From NCBI GenBank assembly GCA_963727485.1, contig CAVSGM010000002.1:608001-672000 (forward strand): 64,000 bases of DNA, written 5' to 3'. This DNA comes from an uncultured delta proteobacterium (lineage in GTDB: Bacteria; Myxococcota; Myxococcia; SLRQ01). The notes under the pieces are model-generated. The model ran no database searches and was not told where the DNA came from. It was given only the letters and a program-made list of their open reading frames with translations. The position numbers were made by a program, and so were the translations under genes. How positions within the stretch are numbered: position 1 is the stretch's first letter; each line of letters opens with the position of its first letter. This document shows, piece by piece, positions 9,675 through 19,925 of the stretch.

Positions 9675-10952
9675 CTAGGCCTTCGCCGCAGGCGCCGGCG
9701 CGGGCTTGGGCTGCGCCTTGGCCTTCCCGTTCCCCTTGCTTTTCGGCGCCGCGGTGAAGAACGCGCCGTGGTTCAGCCGCTCCTCCAGCCGGCACGACCA
9801 CACCAGCTCGCCGTCTTGGACGGTCATGTCCGGGCACCCGTCGCACATGTTGATCGACCCGTCGGCCATCATGTCGATGGGCTGGATGACCAGCAGCGAC
9901 TGGAAGTGCAGGGGCCGGGCCGCCCGCCAGGGACGCTTGGCCACCGCGAAGCTCCACCGCCCCAGCGCCTTGCGCGTGGGCCCGTCCACCGCCGAGAACC
10001 CGAGGAGCATGCTCCGCCCGTGGGAGAGCATCTCGGGCTTGGAGTACGCCAGGTACCGGCCGGTGGCCAGGTGGTGCGCCCCCTGCACCAGCTCCATGTA
10101 CTTGGGGCCCACGTAGCCGTAGGTCCGCTCGCCGTCGCCGAGGCGGCCGGCGAGGAGCCACTTGAAGCTCTCGGGATCCACCGTGCCCCCGAGGTAGGCG
10201 CTGGGCTCGTAGTCCGGGTCCGCCTCGCGGATCTTGTCCACCACCTGCTGCGCCTTCAGGGGCTCGGGGTTCTTCTCCTGGCCGAGGTAGACCAGGTCCT
10301 CCACCTCCACCGGCTTCCCCTGGGCGAAGTAGTCGAACTCCGAGGCCCGGCTGGTGCGGAAGAGGATGAACACCATGGAGTGGACGATGTCGATGTGCTC
10401 GCCCGCCCAGCGCACCAGCGCGGGCACCTGGTCGAGCGTATGCGGGAAGATCGTCGCGTTGAAGGCCACCGAGAGGCCGCCGACCCGGGCCACCATCTCG
10501 GCGAAGCGCAGGCGCACCTCGCACAGCTCGACCTCGGTCTTCTTCTTCCAGTGGGGCCGGCCCTGGCTGGAGTCGACGTGGAAGGTGAAGCCGTGGAGCC
10601 CGGCGTCCTTGAGGGCCACCAGCAGGTCCTCGGTCAGCGCCACGCCGTTGGTGTTGATCACCGGCTTGAGGCCGTAGTCGTGGCGGATCATCCGCACGAT
10701 GTCGACGATCTCCGGGTGGATGAGCGGGTCTCCCCCGGCGATGGAGATCGAGTCCATGCGCCGGCGGCTGGTGAACACGTCGAGGTCGGCGCGCACCTGG
10801 GCCAGCGACTTGTCGCTCTTCGGGTCGTTCTTCGAGTAGCAGCCGACGCAGGCGATGTTGCAGCGCTTGGTGGGCTCGAGCCACCCGAGGACGTTGTCGG
10901 TGAGGGTCCACGGCAGGCGGTAGTACCGCTTCGGATCCAGGGCGCGTTCCAT
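9675..10952 (-). CDS. Radical SAM protein of unknown function
   Basis: CNIACVGC (CxxxCxxC), IAGGDPL, INTNG; C-terminal CDGC...C. Confidence 0.85.
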   Translation of the reverse strand: MERALDPKRYYRLPWTLTDNVLGWLEPTKRCNIACVGCYSKNDPKSDKSLAQVRADLDVFTSRRRMDSISIAGGDPLIHPEIVDIVRMIRHDYGLKPVINTNGVALTEDLLVALKDAGLHGFTFHVDSSQGRPHWKKKTEVELCEVRLRFAEMVARVGGLSVAFNATIFPHTLDQVPALVRWAGEHIDIVHSMVFILFRTSRASEFDYFAQGKPVEVEDLVYLGQEKNPEPLKAQQVVDKIREADPDYEPSAYLGGTVDPESFKWLLAGRLGDGERTYGYVGPKYMELVQGAHHLATGRYLAYSKPEMLSHGRSMLLGFSAVDGPTRKALGRWSFAVAKRPWRAARPLHFQSLLVIQPIDMMADGSINMCDGCPDMTVQDGELVWSCRLEERLNHGAFFTAAPKSKGNGKAKAQPKPAPAPAAKA

Positions 10953-11041
10953 GACCAATCCCCCCCAAGGGAAACGGGGGCCACGAAGGCCCCCGGTACG
11001 GGTTCGGGCCGAGACACTGGGCCTCGGGATCGGTCCTGGCG

Positions 11042-11055
11042 ATGATCTGGATCAG
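11042..11055. promoter_or_regulatory. FNR/CRP-family-like box upstream of the radical SAM gene
   Basis: ATGAT-CTGG-ATCAG matches TTGAT-N4-ATCAA at 8/10 positions with a perfect TGAT-N4-ATCA core. Confidence 0.4.
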
Positions 11056-11074
11056 GACTCGGAGCGCAATCTCC

Positions 11075-11929
11075 CTAGGACGCCAAGCGCTGCGCCTCGA
11101 GCTCCCGGAGCTTGCGGAACCGGAAGGCTCCCCAGAGCGCCGCCCCGATGGCCCCGGCGTAGGTGGCCTCGGGGTGGGTGACGATCTCCAGGTGGTGCTT
11201 GGTGTCCCCGGCCACCGACTCCGCGAAGGTGTCGATGAGCCCCTGGTCCTGGGAGAGCCCACCGGTCACCAGCACCCGCCCCTCGGCGCCGATGGCCTTG
11301 AGGAGCTTGGACAGGCGCCCGGCCATGGAGTCGTGGATGCCCTTGAGGATGTCCGGCGTCGCCACCCCGCGGCTGACCATGTTGATGACGTCGGTCTCCG
11401 CGAGCACCGCGCACACCCCGCTCGGGGCCTCGGGCTCGGTGGCCTGCGCCGAGAGCCCGCCGATCTCCTCGAGGGTGACGCCGAGGTAGCGGGCGATGTT
11501 CTCCAGGAACTGCCCGGTCCCCGAGGCGCACTGGCTGGTCATCCTCTGGGCCAGGACCTTGCCCCGGGCGTCGATGCGCATCGCCCGGCCGTGGAGCGCG
11601 CCCACGTCGGCGACCGCCCGGGCCTCCGGGTCCAGGTAGATGGCCCCCCGGGCGTGGGTGGTCATGGAGTAGAAGTGCCCGGTGCGAAACGGCACCCGGT
11701 CGCCCTCGCCGGTGGTGGCCACGTAGGCGAGGTCGTCCTTCGCCATCCCCAGCTCGGCCAGCGCGGCCTCGAAGGCGCGCTCGGCCAGCTCGATGGGGTC
11801 GCGACGGCGGATGCGGTCCGCCCGGCGCCAGAGGAGGGTCGCCTCGCCGTCGTCGGGGACCGCGAAGACCACCGTCTTCACCATCCCCGTGCCGACGTCG
11901 ACGCCCGCGGTGTGGAGGATCTCGCTCAT
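11075..11929 (-). CDS. bcrD: Benzoyl-CoA reductase subunit D
   Basis: [63 protein letters not shown]. Confidence 0.9.
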   Translation of the reverse strand: MSEILHTAGVDVGTGMVKTVVFAVPDDGEATLLWRRADRIRRRDPIELAERAFEAALAELGMAKDDLAYVATTGEGDRVPFRTGHFYSMTTHARGAIYLDPEARAVADVGALHGRAMRIDARGKVLAQRMTSQCASGTGQFLENIARYLGVTLEEIGGLSAQATEPEAPSGVCAVLAETDVINMVSRGVATPDILKGIHDSMAGRLSKLLKAIGAEGRVLVTGGLSQDQGLIDTFAESVAGDTKHHLEIVTHPEATYAGAIGAALWGAFRFRKLRELEAQRLAS

Positions 11930-13252
11930 GCCGCCTTCTCCCCTTCGAGGACCGTCCGGCGGGCGAAGGTCGCCGCGCCGAGGGCCCCGGTGTAGATGGA
12001 GTCCGACGCGATGTTCATCTTCCGCGCGCCGTAGTTCTCCTCGATGAGCTGCGCCAGCGCCGCCACCGCGGCCTCGTTCTTCGCCACCCCGCCGGTCCAG
12101 GTGAACTCGTCGAACACCCCGCCCGACCGCGAGATCAGCGCCAGGGCCCGGAGCACGATGGCCCGGTGCAGCCCGGCGAGCACGTCCTCGCGCTTCTCGC
12201 CCATGGACAGCCGGTCCCGGAGCTCGGCGCCGGCGAAGACCGTGCAGGTGGAGTTGATCTCTGATCTTGCGCTTGGCCTGCATCGCCAGGGGCCCGAGCT
12301 GGTGGAGGCCGAGCTGCATCTCGTCGGCGATGTAGCCCAGGTAGCGTCCGGAGCCGGCGGCGCAGCGGTCGTTCATCTGGAAGCTCTCGACGATGCCGTC
12401 GCCGTCGACCTGGATCGCCTTGGTGTCCTGGCCGCCGATGTCGAGGACGGTGCGGGTGCCGGGGAACATGATGTGCGCCCCGAGCCCGTGGCAGAGGATC
12501 TCCGAGCGGATGTGCTCCTTGGAGAAGGGCAGCCGCGCCCGGCCGTAGCCCGTGCCCACCACGTAGACCACGTCCACGGGGGTGGCGAGGCTCTCCTCCA
12601 CCAGGCCCCGGAGCACCTGGGCCTCGCCCGCCAGGTCCGCCTCCCCGCGCACCGTCCGGTCGAGGGCCCGCTTCAGCATCGACTCGATGCCCTCCTCCTC
12701 GAGGCGGTTCTCCACCTCGATGATGGCCCGGTCGAAGATGTTGAGCAGCGGGTCGACCTCGACGCCCGCCTCCCGGCTCACCGCCTCGGCGTACTCCAGG
12801 TAGAGGGCGCCGGCGATGTCGCGGAAGAAGTCGGAGCGCTTCTCCGCCCCGGGCTCGAAGAGCTTCGGCGCCTGGGCCCGGATGCGCGAGAACACCTCGG
12901 TCATCGCCGGGGACAGGGCGTCCTTTCGGGGCTTGAGCAGCGGGGTGTCGAGCTTGGCGTGGCTGATGGCCTCGAGGGCCTCGAGGTCATTGGCGAATTG
13001 CTCGTAGCGAAACGCCCGCTCCACCGACTCGAGGAACCGGGCGTGGTCGGTCCCGGTGCCCGTCGCCGAGAGCGCCCGGCCGAGGAGCGCCAGGCGCACG
13101 TCCACGTGGGCCTCGCGCTGGGCGACCTTGGCCGCGGTGTCGTAGTTGGACCGGGAGTTGGTGATCCCGCGCCCGACGATCTCCCCGTCCTCGTCGAGGA
13201 TCAGGGCCTTGGTGGTCGTCGACCCCAGGTCGACGCCGACGTAGCACCTCAT
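11926..13252 (-). CDS. bcrA: Benzoyl-CoA reductase subunit A (frameshift near 12260)
   Basis: [78 protein letters not shown] continues in a shifted frame. Confidence 0.88.
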
Positions 13253-14517
13253 GATGCCTCCCTCACGCCGTGGCGCTTCTGCTCGATCATCTGGAGGTAG
13301 CTCTCCAGGCGGTTCTTCACGTTGGACGCGGAGAAGTACCGGGGGTCCACCAGGTCGGTCTCGATGAACGCCCCGGGGCGCCCGGTGCGGGTCTCCAGCT
13401 CCCGGAGCATCAAGAGCTGCCCGGCGGAGAAGGAGTTGCACGACTTCACCGAGTTGATGAGGAAGCCGTCGGCCTCGTAGTCCTCGATGTACTTCTGGAT
13501 GTAGTTCACCCGGGCCGGCAGCCCGAGGTTGGTGTAGCAACCCAGGCAGTAGTCGGCCAGCGTCTCAAGGGGGTGGTCGGGGTCGTGGCGGAAGCCGGTG
13601 TCGTAGACCCCGCCGACCTTGGTGTAGGTCGAGGCCACGGACACCGCGCCCTCGTCGGCGAGCATCGACCAGAACTCCCGGAAGCTGGTCCAGTTGGGCG
13701 GCCCCTCGACCACCAGGCGATACCGCTCCTCGGTGACCTCGCCCGACGGGGTCATGGGCCCCCGACCCTCCTTGACCCGCTGGTCCACCTCGCCCCGGAG
13801 CATCTGGTAGTAGTCCACCGCGTCCTGGGTGCCCCGGAAGGCGGTGAAGATGGGGCCGATGTAGTAGACGCCGCCGAAGTAGCCGTCGATGGGGCTGGGG
13901 CGGTGCTTCGCCTGCTCGAAGACGTAGACCAGGTCGTCCTCGGCCTTCGCCGAGAGGGCCAGCTGCTCCCGGAGCTTGTCGATGTCGAAGGCGATGCCGG
14001 TGACGCGCTCCAGCGCCGGGATCACCGTCTCCTTGAGCTGCTTGACCACGTAGCGGCGCATCTCCTCGGTGATCTTCCCGTCCGGCTGGTAGGGGACGTG
14101 GAGCATCACCGCTTCGGTCTTGTAGTGGTCACGCAGCAGCTCGAACCACTTCATGAAGGTGAAGCAGCCCGTGTACGAGAGCAGCAGCAGGTCCGGCCGG
14201 GGGATGGAAAGCCCCGTGGGCCCCTCGGAGCCCTGGAGCACCATCCCGATGTCGCTCTTCACGTAGGCGCAGACGTCCTCGGAGTAGCCGGCGTTCTCGG
14301 CCTCCTTGATGAAGGCCCGGGACTTCTGGCGCATCCCCGACTGCAGGGCGTTGATCTCCGGGAGGTTCGGCACCACGTCGAAGCAGCGCATCAGCTCGAT
14401 GAGGTTTCCGGGGACGAAGGTGCTCACCACCTTCCGGCCGGTCTCCGGGGCCTTGGACAGCGCCTCGTAGTGGCTGGAGATGAGCTCCTTCTGGCGAATC
14501 ATCGATTGGTCTTTCAT
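13249..14517 (-). CDS. bcrB: Benzoyl-CoA reductase subunit B
   Basis: TFVPGNL, PEINALQ, SEDVCAYVK, SYTGCFTFMKWFELL, VEGPPNW, SVKSCNSFSAGQ, ETDLVDPRYFS. Confidence 0.9.
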   Translation of the reverse strand: MKDQSMIRQKELISSHYEALSKAPETGRKVVSTFVPGNLIELMRCFDVVPNLPEINALQSGMRQKSRAFIKEAENAGYSEDVCAYVKSDIGMVLQGSEGPTGLSIPRPDLLLLSYTGCFTFMKWFELLRDHYKTEAVMLHVPYQPDGKITEEMRRYVVKQLKETVIPALERVTGIAFDIDKLREQLALSAKAEDDLVYVFEQAKHRPSPIDGYFGGVYYIGPIFTAFRGTQDAVDYYQMLRGEVDQRVKEGRGPMTPSGEVTEERYRLVVEGPPNWTSFREFWSMLADEGAVSVASTYTKVGGVYDTGFRHDPDHPLETLADYCLGCYTNLGLPARVNYIQKYIEDYEADGFLINSVKSCNSFSAGQLLMLRELETRTGRPGAFIETDLVDPRYFSASNVKNRLESYLQMIEQKRHGVREAS

Positions 14518-15680
14518 GCTTCCCCCCAGAGCTTGATGGCGTCGGCGAAGGTGCCGGCCTGCTCGCGGATGGACTGCATCTGTCCCGAGTTCTCGGCGTA
14601 CTTGAACGCCGTGTGGCTGACGCCCGCCTCGTCGAGGCGCTTCTGGAGCATCGGCCGGTCGAGGAGCGCCGGATCGCAGAAGCTCGGCGCGATGAAGATG
14701 ACCCCCTCGGCGTGGAGGTCCTTGGCCTTCTTGGCGAGCCAGGCGCCGCTCTCCTCCTTGTCCTCGTAGCGCGAGGAGGTGTGGCTCGAGTGGTGGAGGA
14801 ACGCGGAGGCGAGGTTCTGGATGGGGTCGCCCTCGGTGGGTACGTCCTCGGTGAGCCAGCGGCTCACCAGCATCCAGTCGTCGTCGACCACCGCGCACCC
14901 GGCGCGCTCCAGGGTCCGCACCAGGCCCAGCGGCGGCTGCTCGCAGAAGGCGCCGGCGAGGATCACCCGGGCGTTGTCGAGCATCGGCCGCTCGGCGTGG
15001 CGCAGGGCGTGGAGGTAGTCCTGGAGGAGCTTGGTGTGGGCCTCCACCGGGAGCACCATCCCCGCGCGCAGGAGCAGGTAGGCCTCGGAGGTGGGCACCA
15101 TCCACGGGGTCTCGGCGCGCACCTGGTAGAGCCTGCGGACCAGGCGCCGGTTCTCGTTGTAGAGGGCGATGGACTCCTTGAGGGCGTCGTCGCTGATGGG
15201 GTGGCCCGAAAGCTCGCCGAGGTCGTTCCGGAGCTTGGCCAGCTCCCCGGCGTAGAACTCGCCGCCCACGTCGTCCTGGTAGTTCTGGGGGACGTCGAAG
15301 TAGCGGACGAACTTGTCCTTGAACAGCATCTGCCACATCCCCGAGAGGTTGCGGATGACGTCGCAGATGGAGGGGAAGATCATCCCGTCGAGGCTGTCGA
15401 GGCGCCCCGAGAGCCCCAGCTCGATGGTCGACCGGGGGATTCTGCAGATGTAGCTCTGGAAGTAGGCGTCGCCGCGGATGACCTCGAGGTCGTCGCCGCC
15501 CCCGAGGACGCCCACCGGGAGCATCCCGGCGGCGTGGATCAGCTCGCGGGGGACGTAGACGGGCATGAAGCCGATGGCCTTGGCGCCGGGGCGCGCGGCC
15601 TTCCACTCCTTGACCGGGGTGAAGTCGAGGTCGTGGTAGAGGACCTCGCACCGTTCGACGATGGACTCGATCTCGCTCAT
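14514..15680 (-). CDS. bcrC: Benzoyl-CoA reductase subunit C
   Basis: MPVYVPRELIHAAG, GDAYFQSYIC, PSICDVIRNLSGMW, FCEQPP, PSFCDPALL, REQAGTFAD. Confidence 0.9.
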   Translation of the reverse strand: MSEIESIVERCEVLYHDLDFTPVKEWKAARPGAKAIGFMPVYVPRELIHAAGMLPVGVLGGGDDLEVIRGDAYFQSYICRIPRSTIELGLSGRLDSLDGMIFPSICDVIRNLSGMWQMLFKDKFVRYFDVPQNYQDDVGGEFYAGELAKLRNDLGELSGHPISDDALKESIALYNENRRLVRRLYQVRAETPWMVPTSEAYLLLRAGMVLPVEAHTKLLQDYLHALRHAERPMLDNARVILAGAFCEQPPLGLVRTLERAGCAVVDDDWMLVSRWLTEDVPTEGDPIQNLASAFLHHSSHTSSRYEDKEESGAWLAKKAKDLHAEGVIFIAPSFCDPALLDRPMLQKRLDEAGVSHTAFKYAENSGQMQSIREQAGTFADAIKLWGEA

Positions 15681-16441
15681 CGGTCGCTCCAGTTGGGTTG
15701 GCGCTTGCCGATGAAGGCGTTCAGGCCCTCCACCGGATCCTCGCCGGACATCAGGGTGTCGAGATAGAGGCGCTCCACCTTGGGGAGGGCCTCGGCGAAT
15801 CGGGCGCGGAGCACCGAGCGCGCGGCCTCGAGGGCCAGGCGCAGGGCAAAGGCGCTCTTGTCCAGGAGCCGCGCCTCGGCGAAGGCCACCGCCGCCGCCT
15901 CGGGCTCCTCGGTGACCTCGTCCACCAGCCCCAAGGCCAGCGCCGCCTGGGCCTCGACGGTCCGCCCGGATAGCAGCAGGTCCTCGGCGTGCGCCTGCCC
16001 CACCCTCGCGGGCAGCAGCAGGGAGGCCACCGGGGCGAAGACCGCCAGCTGGATCTCCGGCTGGCCGAGCACCGCGTTCGGCGCGGCGAAGATCCGGGTC
16101 GCCGGGAGCACCAGCTCCAGGCCGCCCCCGAGGCACCGGCCGCCCACCGCCGCGAGGAGCGGCACCGGGAGGTCCACCAGCCGCCGGCACACCCGGTGGA
16201 AGGCGGGGATCATGGTCTCCACCTCGCCGGGGAGGTGCTCGGGGACGCTGGCGCCGTAGGAGAAGTGCTTGCCGGTGTGACCCAGCACCACCGCCCGCAG
16301 CCGGGTGTCCTCGGCGGCCTCCGAGAGCGCCGCGTCGAGGGCGCCGAGGAGGGACCGGTCGAGGACGTTGCCCGGCGGCGAATCGAGCCGGAGGTGGAGC
16401 ACCTTCCCGTCGTGGGTGCGCTCGGTGACCAGCGCGCCCAT
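15677..16441 (-). CDS. dch: Cyclohexa-1,5-diene-1-carbonyl-CoA hydratase
   Basis: Crotonase fold with HFSYGASVPEH, CLGGGLE, GQPEIQLAVFAP; lies in the operon directly before bcrC. Confidence 0.85.
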   Translation of the reverse strand: MGALVTERTHDGKVLHLRLDSPPGNVLDRSLLGALDAALSEAAEDTRLRAVVLGHTGKHFSYGASVPEHLPGEVETMIPAFHRVCRRLVDLPVPLLAAVGGRCLGGGLELVLPATRIFAAPNAVLGQPEIQLAVFAPVASLLLPARVGQAHAEDLLLSGRTVEAQAALALGLVDEVTEEPEAAAVAFAEARLLDKSAFALRLALEAARSVLRARFAEALPKVERLYLDTLMSGEDPVEGLNAFIGKRQPNWSDR

Positions 16442-17536
16442 CACTTCTTCCCGGGGAGGATGCGGCCCAAGAGGGCGTCGGTCCAGGGCTCACCCTCGGC
16501 CAGCGCCCGCCGCAGGGCGATGAAGTCGGCGTCGCGGTCGCCCTTGGGGCCCTCGTTGAAGGCGCGGAACCCGGCGCGCGCCTCGGTCATCATGTTGAGG
16601 CCGAGCCAGTCGCGGCTCGACTCCTTGTTGCGCTCCCAGTGCTCCAGCTTCTTCTTGCGCACCTCGTGGATGGTCTTGGTGAGGCAGTCGGGGAAGGTGT
16701 AGAGCATCTTGGTCACCAGCTCGTCGACCTTGTCGTCGAGGGCCTCGAGGGTCACCGTGCCCCGCTTGAGCAGGGCCTTGCCCTCGGCCAGGGCGTCGCC
16801 GGTCTTGGGCTCGCCGTAGACGACGCGGCCGGTCGCCGGGTCCACCCAGTGGTCGGTGATGACCGTGGGGTTGGGGATGAGCTTCCCGTCGACCTCGAGG
16901 GCGGGGACCACGTCGGTGAGCAGGCCCAGGCGCATCGACTTGTGCGCCGACCAGTGGTCACAGAGGGTCGCCGACTCCATGGCGTGCTCGATGCCGAGGA
17001 AGAGGTGGAGGAAGTCGGTGGAGCCGCCCACCGGCGCCGAGCCGTGGCGGGGGCCGGCCTGGCCGAAGCGCGCCAGGTCCTGGGCCACCGAGAAGTCGCA
17101 GGCCATGCCGATCTCCTGGCCGCCGGCGACGCGCATCCCGTTCACCCGGCAGATCACCGGCTTGTCGCAGGCGAGGATGCCCGAGACCATGTCGTTGAAC
17201 AGGCGCATGTACTGCCGGTACTCCTGGGGGTTGCCGGCGTAGTACTCGGCGTACTCCTTGGTGTTGCCGCCGGTGCAAAACGCCTTGTCGCCCGACGGCG
17301 GTGAACACGGTGGCCACCACGTCGCGGCTGTTGGAGGCCTTGCGGAAGGCGAGGATGGTCTGCTTGACCATCTCGGTGGTGTAGGAGTTGAACTGGCTCG
17401 GGTTGTCGAAGGTGATCCAGGCGGTGTAGAGGCCCTCGACGAGGTTGCCGTCACGGTCCTTGACGGGCTTCTTCTCGAAGTGGACGCCGGCGTCTTCCTG
17501 GAAGGGTGCGAGGTCGTGGTTCTTGAGCTCAGGCAC
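16441..17536 (-). CDS. oah: 6-oxocyclohex-1-ene-1-carbonyl-CoA hydrolase (frameshift near 17292)
   Basis: NPSQFNSYTT, AFCTGGNTKEYAEYYAG, RVNGMRVAGGQEIGMACD, WLGLNMMTEA; GTG start with GGAGG RBS; one extra base in a G run. Confidence 0.88.
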
Positions 17537-18638
17537 GATGGGCCTCCGAATCCGGGCCAGGGACGATGACCGGTCGCCTGGCCTCCTGGTGGTCACGAAC
17601 GCGCTCCAGGACCCGGTTCAGCTCGGTGTCGGGGTAGCGCGAGACGAAGGGACGAATCTCGATCTTGCCGTCGAGGATCAGCTGCAGCACCTCGGGGTAG
17701 CGCTCGGGGACGCAGCCCCAGCTCCCGATGGCCCGGGCGTCGTGGGCCATGAGGTTGGAGAGGCGCACCTCGATCTTCTCCATGGTGAAGCCCACGACCG
17801 AGAGCACGGCGCCGGGGCCCAGCAGGCTGTAGGCGGTGCGCTGGCCGGCGCCGGTGCCGGAGCACTCGAAGATCTTGCGCTCGATGGACCGGGCGAAGGC
17901 GGCCTCGCCGAGGCGGGTGACCTCCTTGCGCAGGGCCTTGGGGTCGAGGGCGACGGGGTCGAGGGTGCCGGCGTCGCACCAGCGGGCCATGGCGTCCCGG
18001 CGCCCGGGGTCGGGCTCGATGCCCAGGACGTGGGCGCCCAGCGCCTTGGCGATCTGCGCCGCGTAGCCGCCGACGCCGCCGAGGCCGACGACGATGGCGA
18101 GGTCGCCCTCCTCGATGCCCGCGCGGACCGCCGCCTGGTAGGGGGTGGTGATGGCGTCGGCCATCACGCAGAGCTCGGCGAGGGTGAGGTCGGTGTCGCC
18201 GACGGTGGCGTCCGGGCCTTCGCCCTTCACCGGGACCACGCAGAGCCCCGTCGCCGGGACCACCAGGTGGCTCCCGAAGCCGCCGTGGCGGTCGTTCCCG
18301 GGCATCTGCTGCTTCGCGCAGATGTTGCCGTGGCCCTTCCGGCACGCCTCGCACTCCCCGCAGGGGACGACCGCGGGGACGACGACGGCCTTGCCGACGA
18401 GATCCCGGTGCCCCTCGCCGGCGTCGACCACGTAGCCGCTCACCTCGTGGCCGAGGGCCAGGGGCAGCGGGTGGCGGGTGCGCACGCCGCCATAGAGGAA
18501 GCCGATGTCCGTGTGGCAGACCCCGCAGCCGGCGACCTTCACCACCGCCTCGTCGGGCCCCGGCTTCGGGAGGTCGATCTCGACCCTCGTGAGCGGGGTG
18601 TCGGGTGCGGTCATCTGCCACTGCCAGGCGCGGGACAT
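17529..18638 (-). CDS. had: 6-hydroxycyclohex-1-ene-1-carbonyl-CoA dehydrogenase
   Basis: Zn-ADH motifs AGCGVCHTD, LGHEVSG, CGECEAC; ADAITTPYQA, KIFECSG, RLSNLMA, WGC; first gene of the bcr operon; GGAGG RBS. Confidence 0.88.
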   Translation of the reverse strand: MSRAWQWQMTAPDTPLTRVEIDLPKPGPDEAVVKVAGCGVCHTDIGFLYGGVRTRHPLPLALGHEVSGYVVDAGEGHRDLVGKAVVVPAVVPCGECEACRKGHGNICAKQQMPGNDRHGGFGSHLVVPATGLCVVPVKGEGPDATVGDTDLTLAELCVMADAITTPYQAAVRAGIEEGDLAIVVGLGGVGGYAAQIAKALGAHVLGIEPDPGRRDAMARWCDAGTLDPVALDPKALRKEVTRLGEAAFARSIERKIFECSGTGAGQRTAYSLLGPGAVLSVVGFTMEKIEVRLSNLMAHDARAIGSWGCVPERYPEVLQLILDGKIEIRPFVSRYPDTELNRVLERVRDHQEARRPVIVPGPDSEAHRA

Positions 18639-18659
18639 CGGGGGGCCTCCGGGGCTCAT

Positions 18660-18775
18660 GCGCTATAATTCCTCTACCTCAAGATCCGGACGAGCCTCGC
18701 TTTCTGCAATTCCGGGGCCTTGCCTATTCACGATACGCAATAAAATGCATCGTCTGTGACATCTCGCACGGTTGG
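18660..18775 (-). promoter_or_regulatory. AT-rich promoter/operator region of the had-oah-dch-bcr operon
   Basis: Local AT-rich stretch; CGCA-N6-TGCA at 18736-18749 and CRP/FNR-like TGTGA-N6-GCACG at 18755-18770. Confidence 0.5.
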
Positions 18776-18917
18776 CGGATCGGGCCGCGGGCCGCGAACG
18801 CAGGAATCGCGTGGACGCCATGCATTGGCTGCGTTCAGACGCAGCAGGTGCATGGGCCCCATGAGCGGCGCTCAGCGCCGGCCCGGTGCCGGGAAGGTCC
18901 CCAGGGCCCGGCGTCCG

Positions 18918-19925
18918 TCAGTCCGCGAGCTTCACCAGCATCTTGCCGAGGTTCTCGCCGGTGAACAGCCCGAGGAACGCCGCGGGCGCCTCGGCGAGGC
19001 CCTCGTGGACCGTCTCCTTCCAGGTGATCCGCCCCTCGCGGATCCATCCGCCGACCTTCTGCAGGAACTCGGGGAGGGCATCCTGGTGGTCGGTGACGAT
19101 GAAGCCCTGGAGCTTCAGACGCCGGGTCAGCACCAGCGACAGGTTCCGGGGCCCGGGCGGCGGCACCTTCTCGTTGTACTGGGAGATGAGCCCGCACAGG
19201 GCGATGCGTCCGAACTCGCGCATGTGGCCGATGGCCGCCTCGAGGTGCTCGCCACCGACGTTCTCGAAGCAGACGTCGATGCCTTCCGGCATGGCCTCGG
19301 CGAGGGCCTTGCGGAGCTTGACCTCCTTGTAGTTCAGCGCGCCGTCGATGCCGGCCTCGTCGAGGAGCCAGCGCACCTTGGCCTCGGAGCCGGCGCTCCC
19401 GACCACGGTGGCGCCCATGGCCTTGGCGATTTGGCAGACCACCGATCCCACGGCCCCGGCGGCGCCGGAGACGAAGACCCGCTCGCCCGCCTTCAGCTCG
19501 CCGATGCGGGTGAGGCCCACGTAGGCGGTGAGCCCGGGCATGCCGAGCACCCCGAGGAACGCCTGGGGCGGCACGCCGTCGGGGACCTCGAGGCGCTGGA
19601 GGTGCCTGCCCTTGGCCACGAAGCGCTCGCGCCACCCGGCCTGGGAGAGCACCAGGTCACCCTCGGCGAGGCCGTCGGCCTTCGACGCCACCACCCGGCC
19701 CACGGCGCCGCCGTCGAGGACCTGGCCCACCTCGAAGGGGTCCACGTAGGTCTTGATGCCGCTCATCCGCCCGCGCATGTAGGGGTCCACGGACATCCAG
19801 AGGTTCTCCACCAGCACCTCGCCGTCCGCCGGCTCCCGGAGGTCGAGCTCCACCAGCTCGAAGTCGTCCTCGGTGGGCATGCCCTGGGGGTGCTGCTTGA
19901 GCTTCCACGCGCGCGTCGTCGCCAT
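18918..19925 (-). CDS. NADP-dependent oxidoreductase (CurA/prostaglandin reductase-like MDR)
   Basis: SVDPYMRGRM, LGMPGLTAY, VSGAAGAVGS, FENVGG, GENLGK. Confidence 0.88.
   Translation of the reverse strand: MATTRAWKLKQHPQGMPTEDDFELVELDLREPADGEVLVENLWMSVDPYMRGRMSGIKTYVDPFEVGQVLDGGAVGRVVASKADGLAEGDLVLSQAGWRERFVAKGRHLQRLEVPDGVPPQAFLGVLGMPGLTAYVGLTRIGELKAGERVFVSGAAGAVGSVVCQIAKAMGATVVGSAGSEAKVRWLLDEAGIDGALNYKEVKLRKALAEAMPEGIDVCFENVGGEHLEAAIGHMREFGRIALCGLISQYNEKVPPPGPRNLSLVLTRRLKLQGFIVTDHQDALPEFLQKVGGWIREGRITWKETVHEGLAEAPAAFLGLFTGENLGKMLVKLAD

Noticed and set aside
11075..13540. Apparent 821-aa BcrA-BcrD fusion in the ORF track
   Set aside because: Artifact of the frameshift near 12260. BcrA ends at 11926 and BcrD has its own ATG at 11929.
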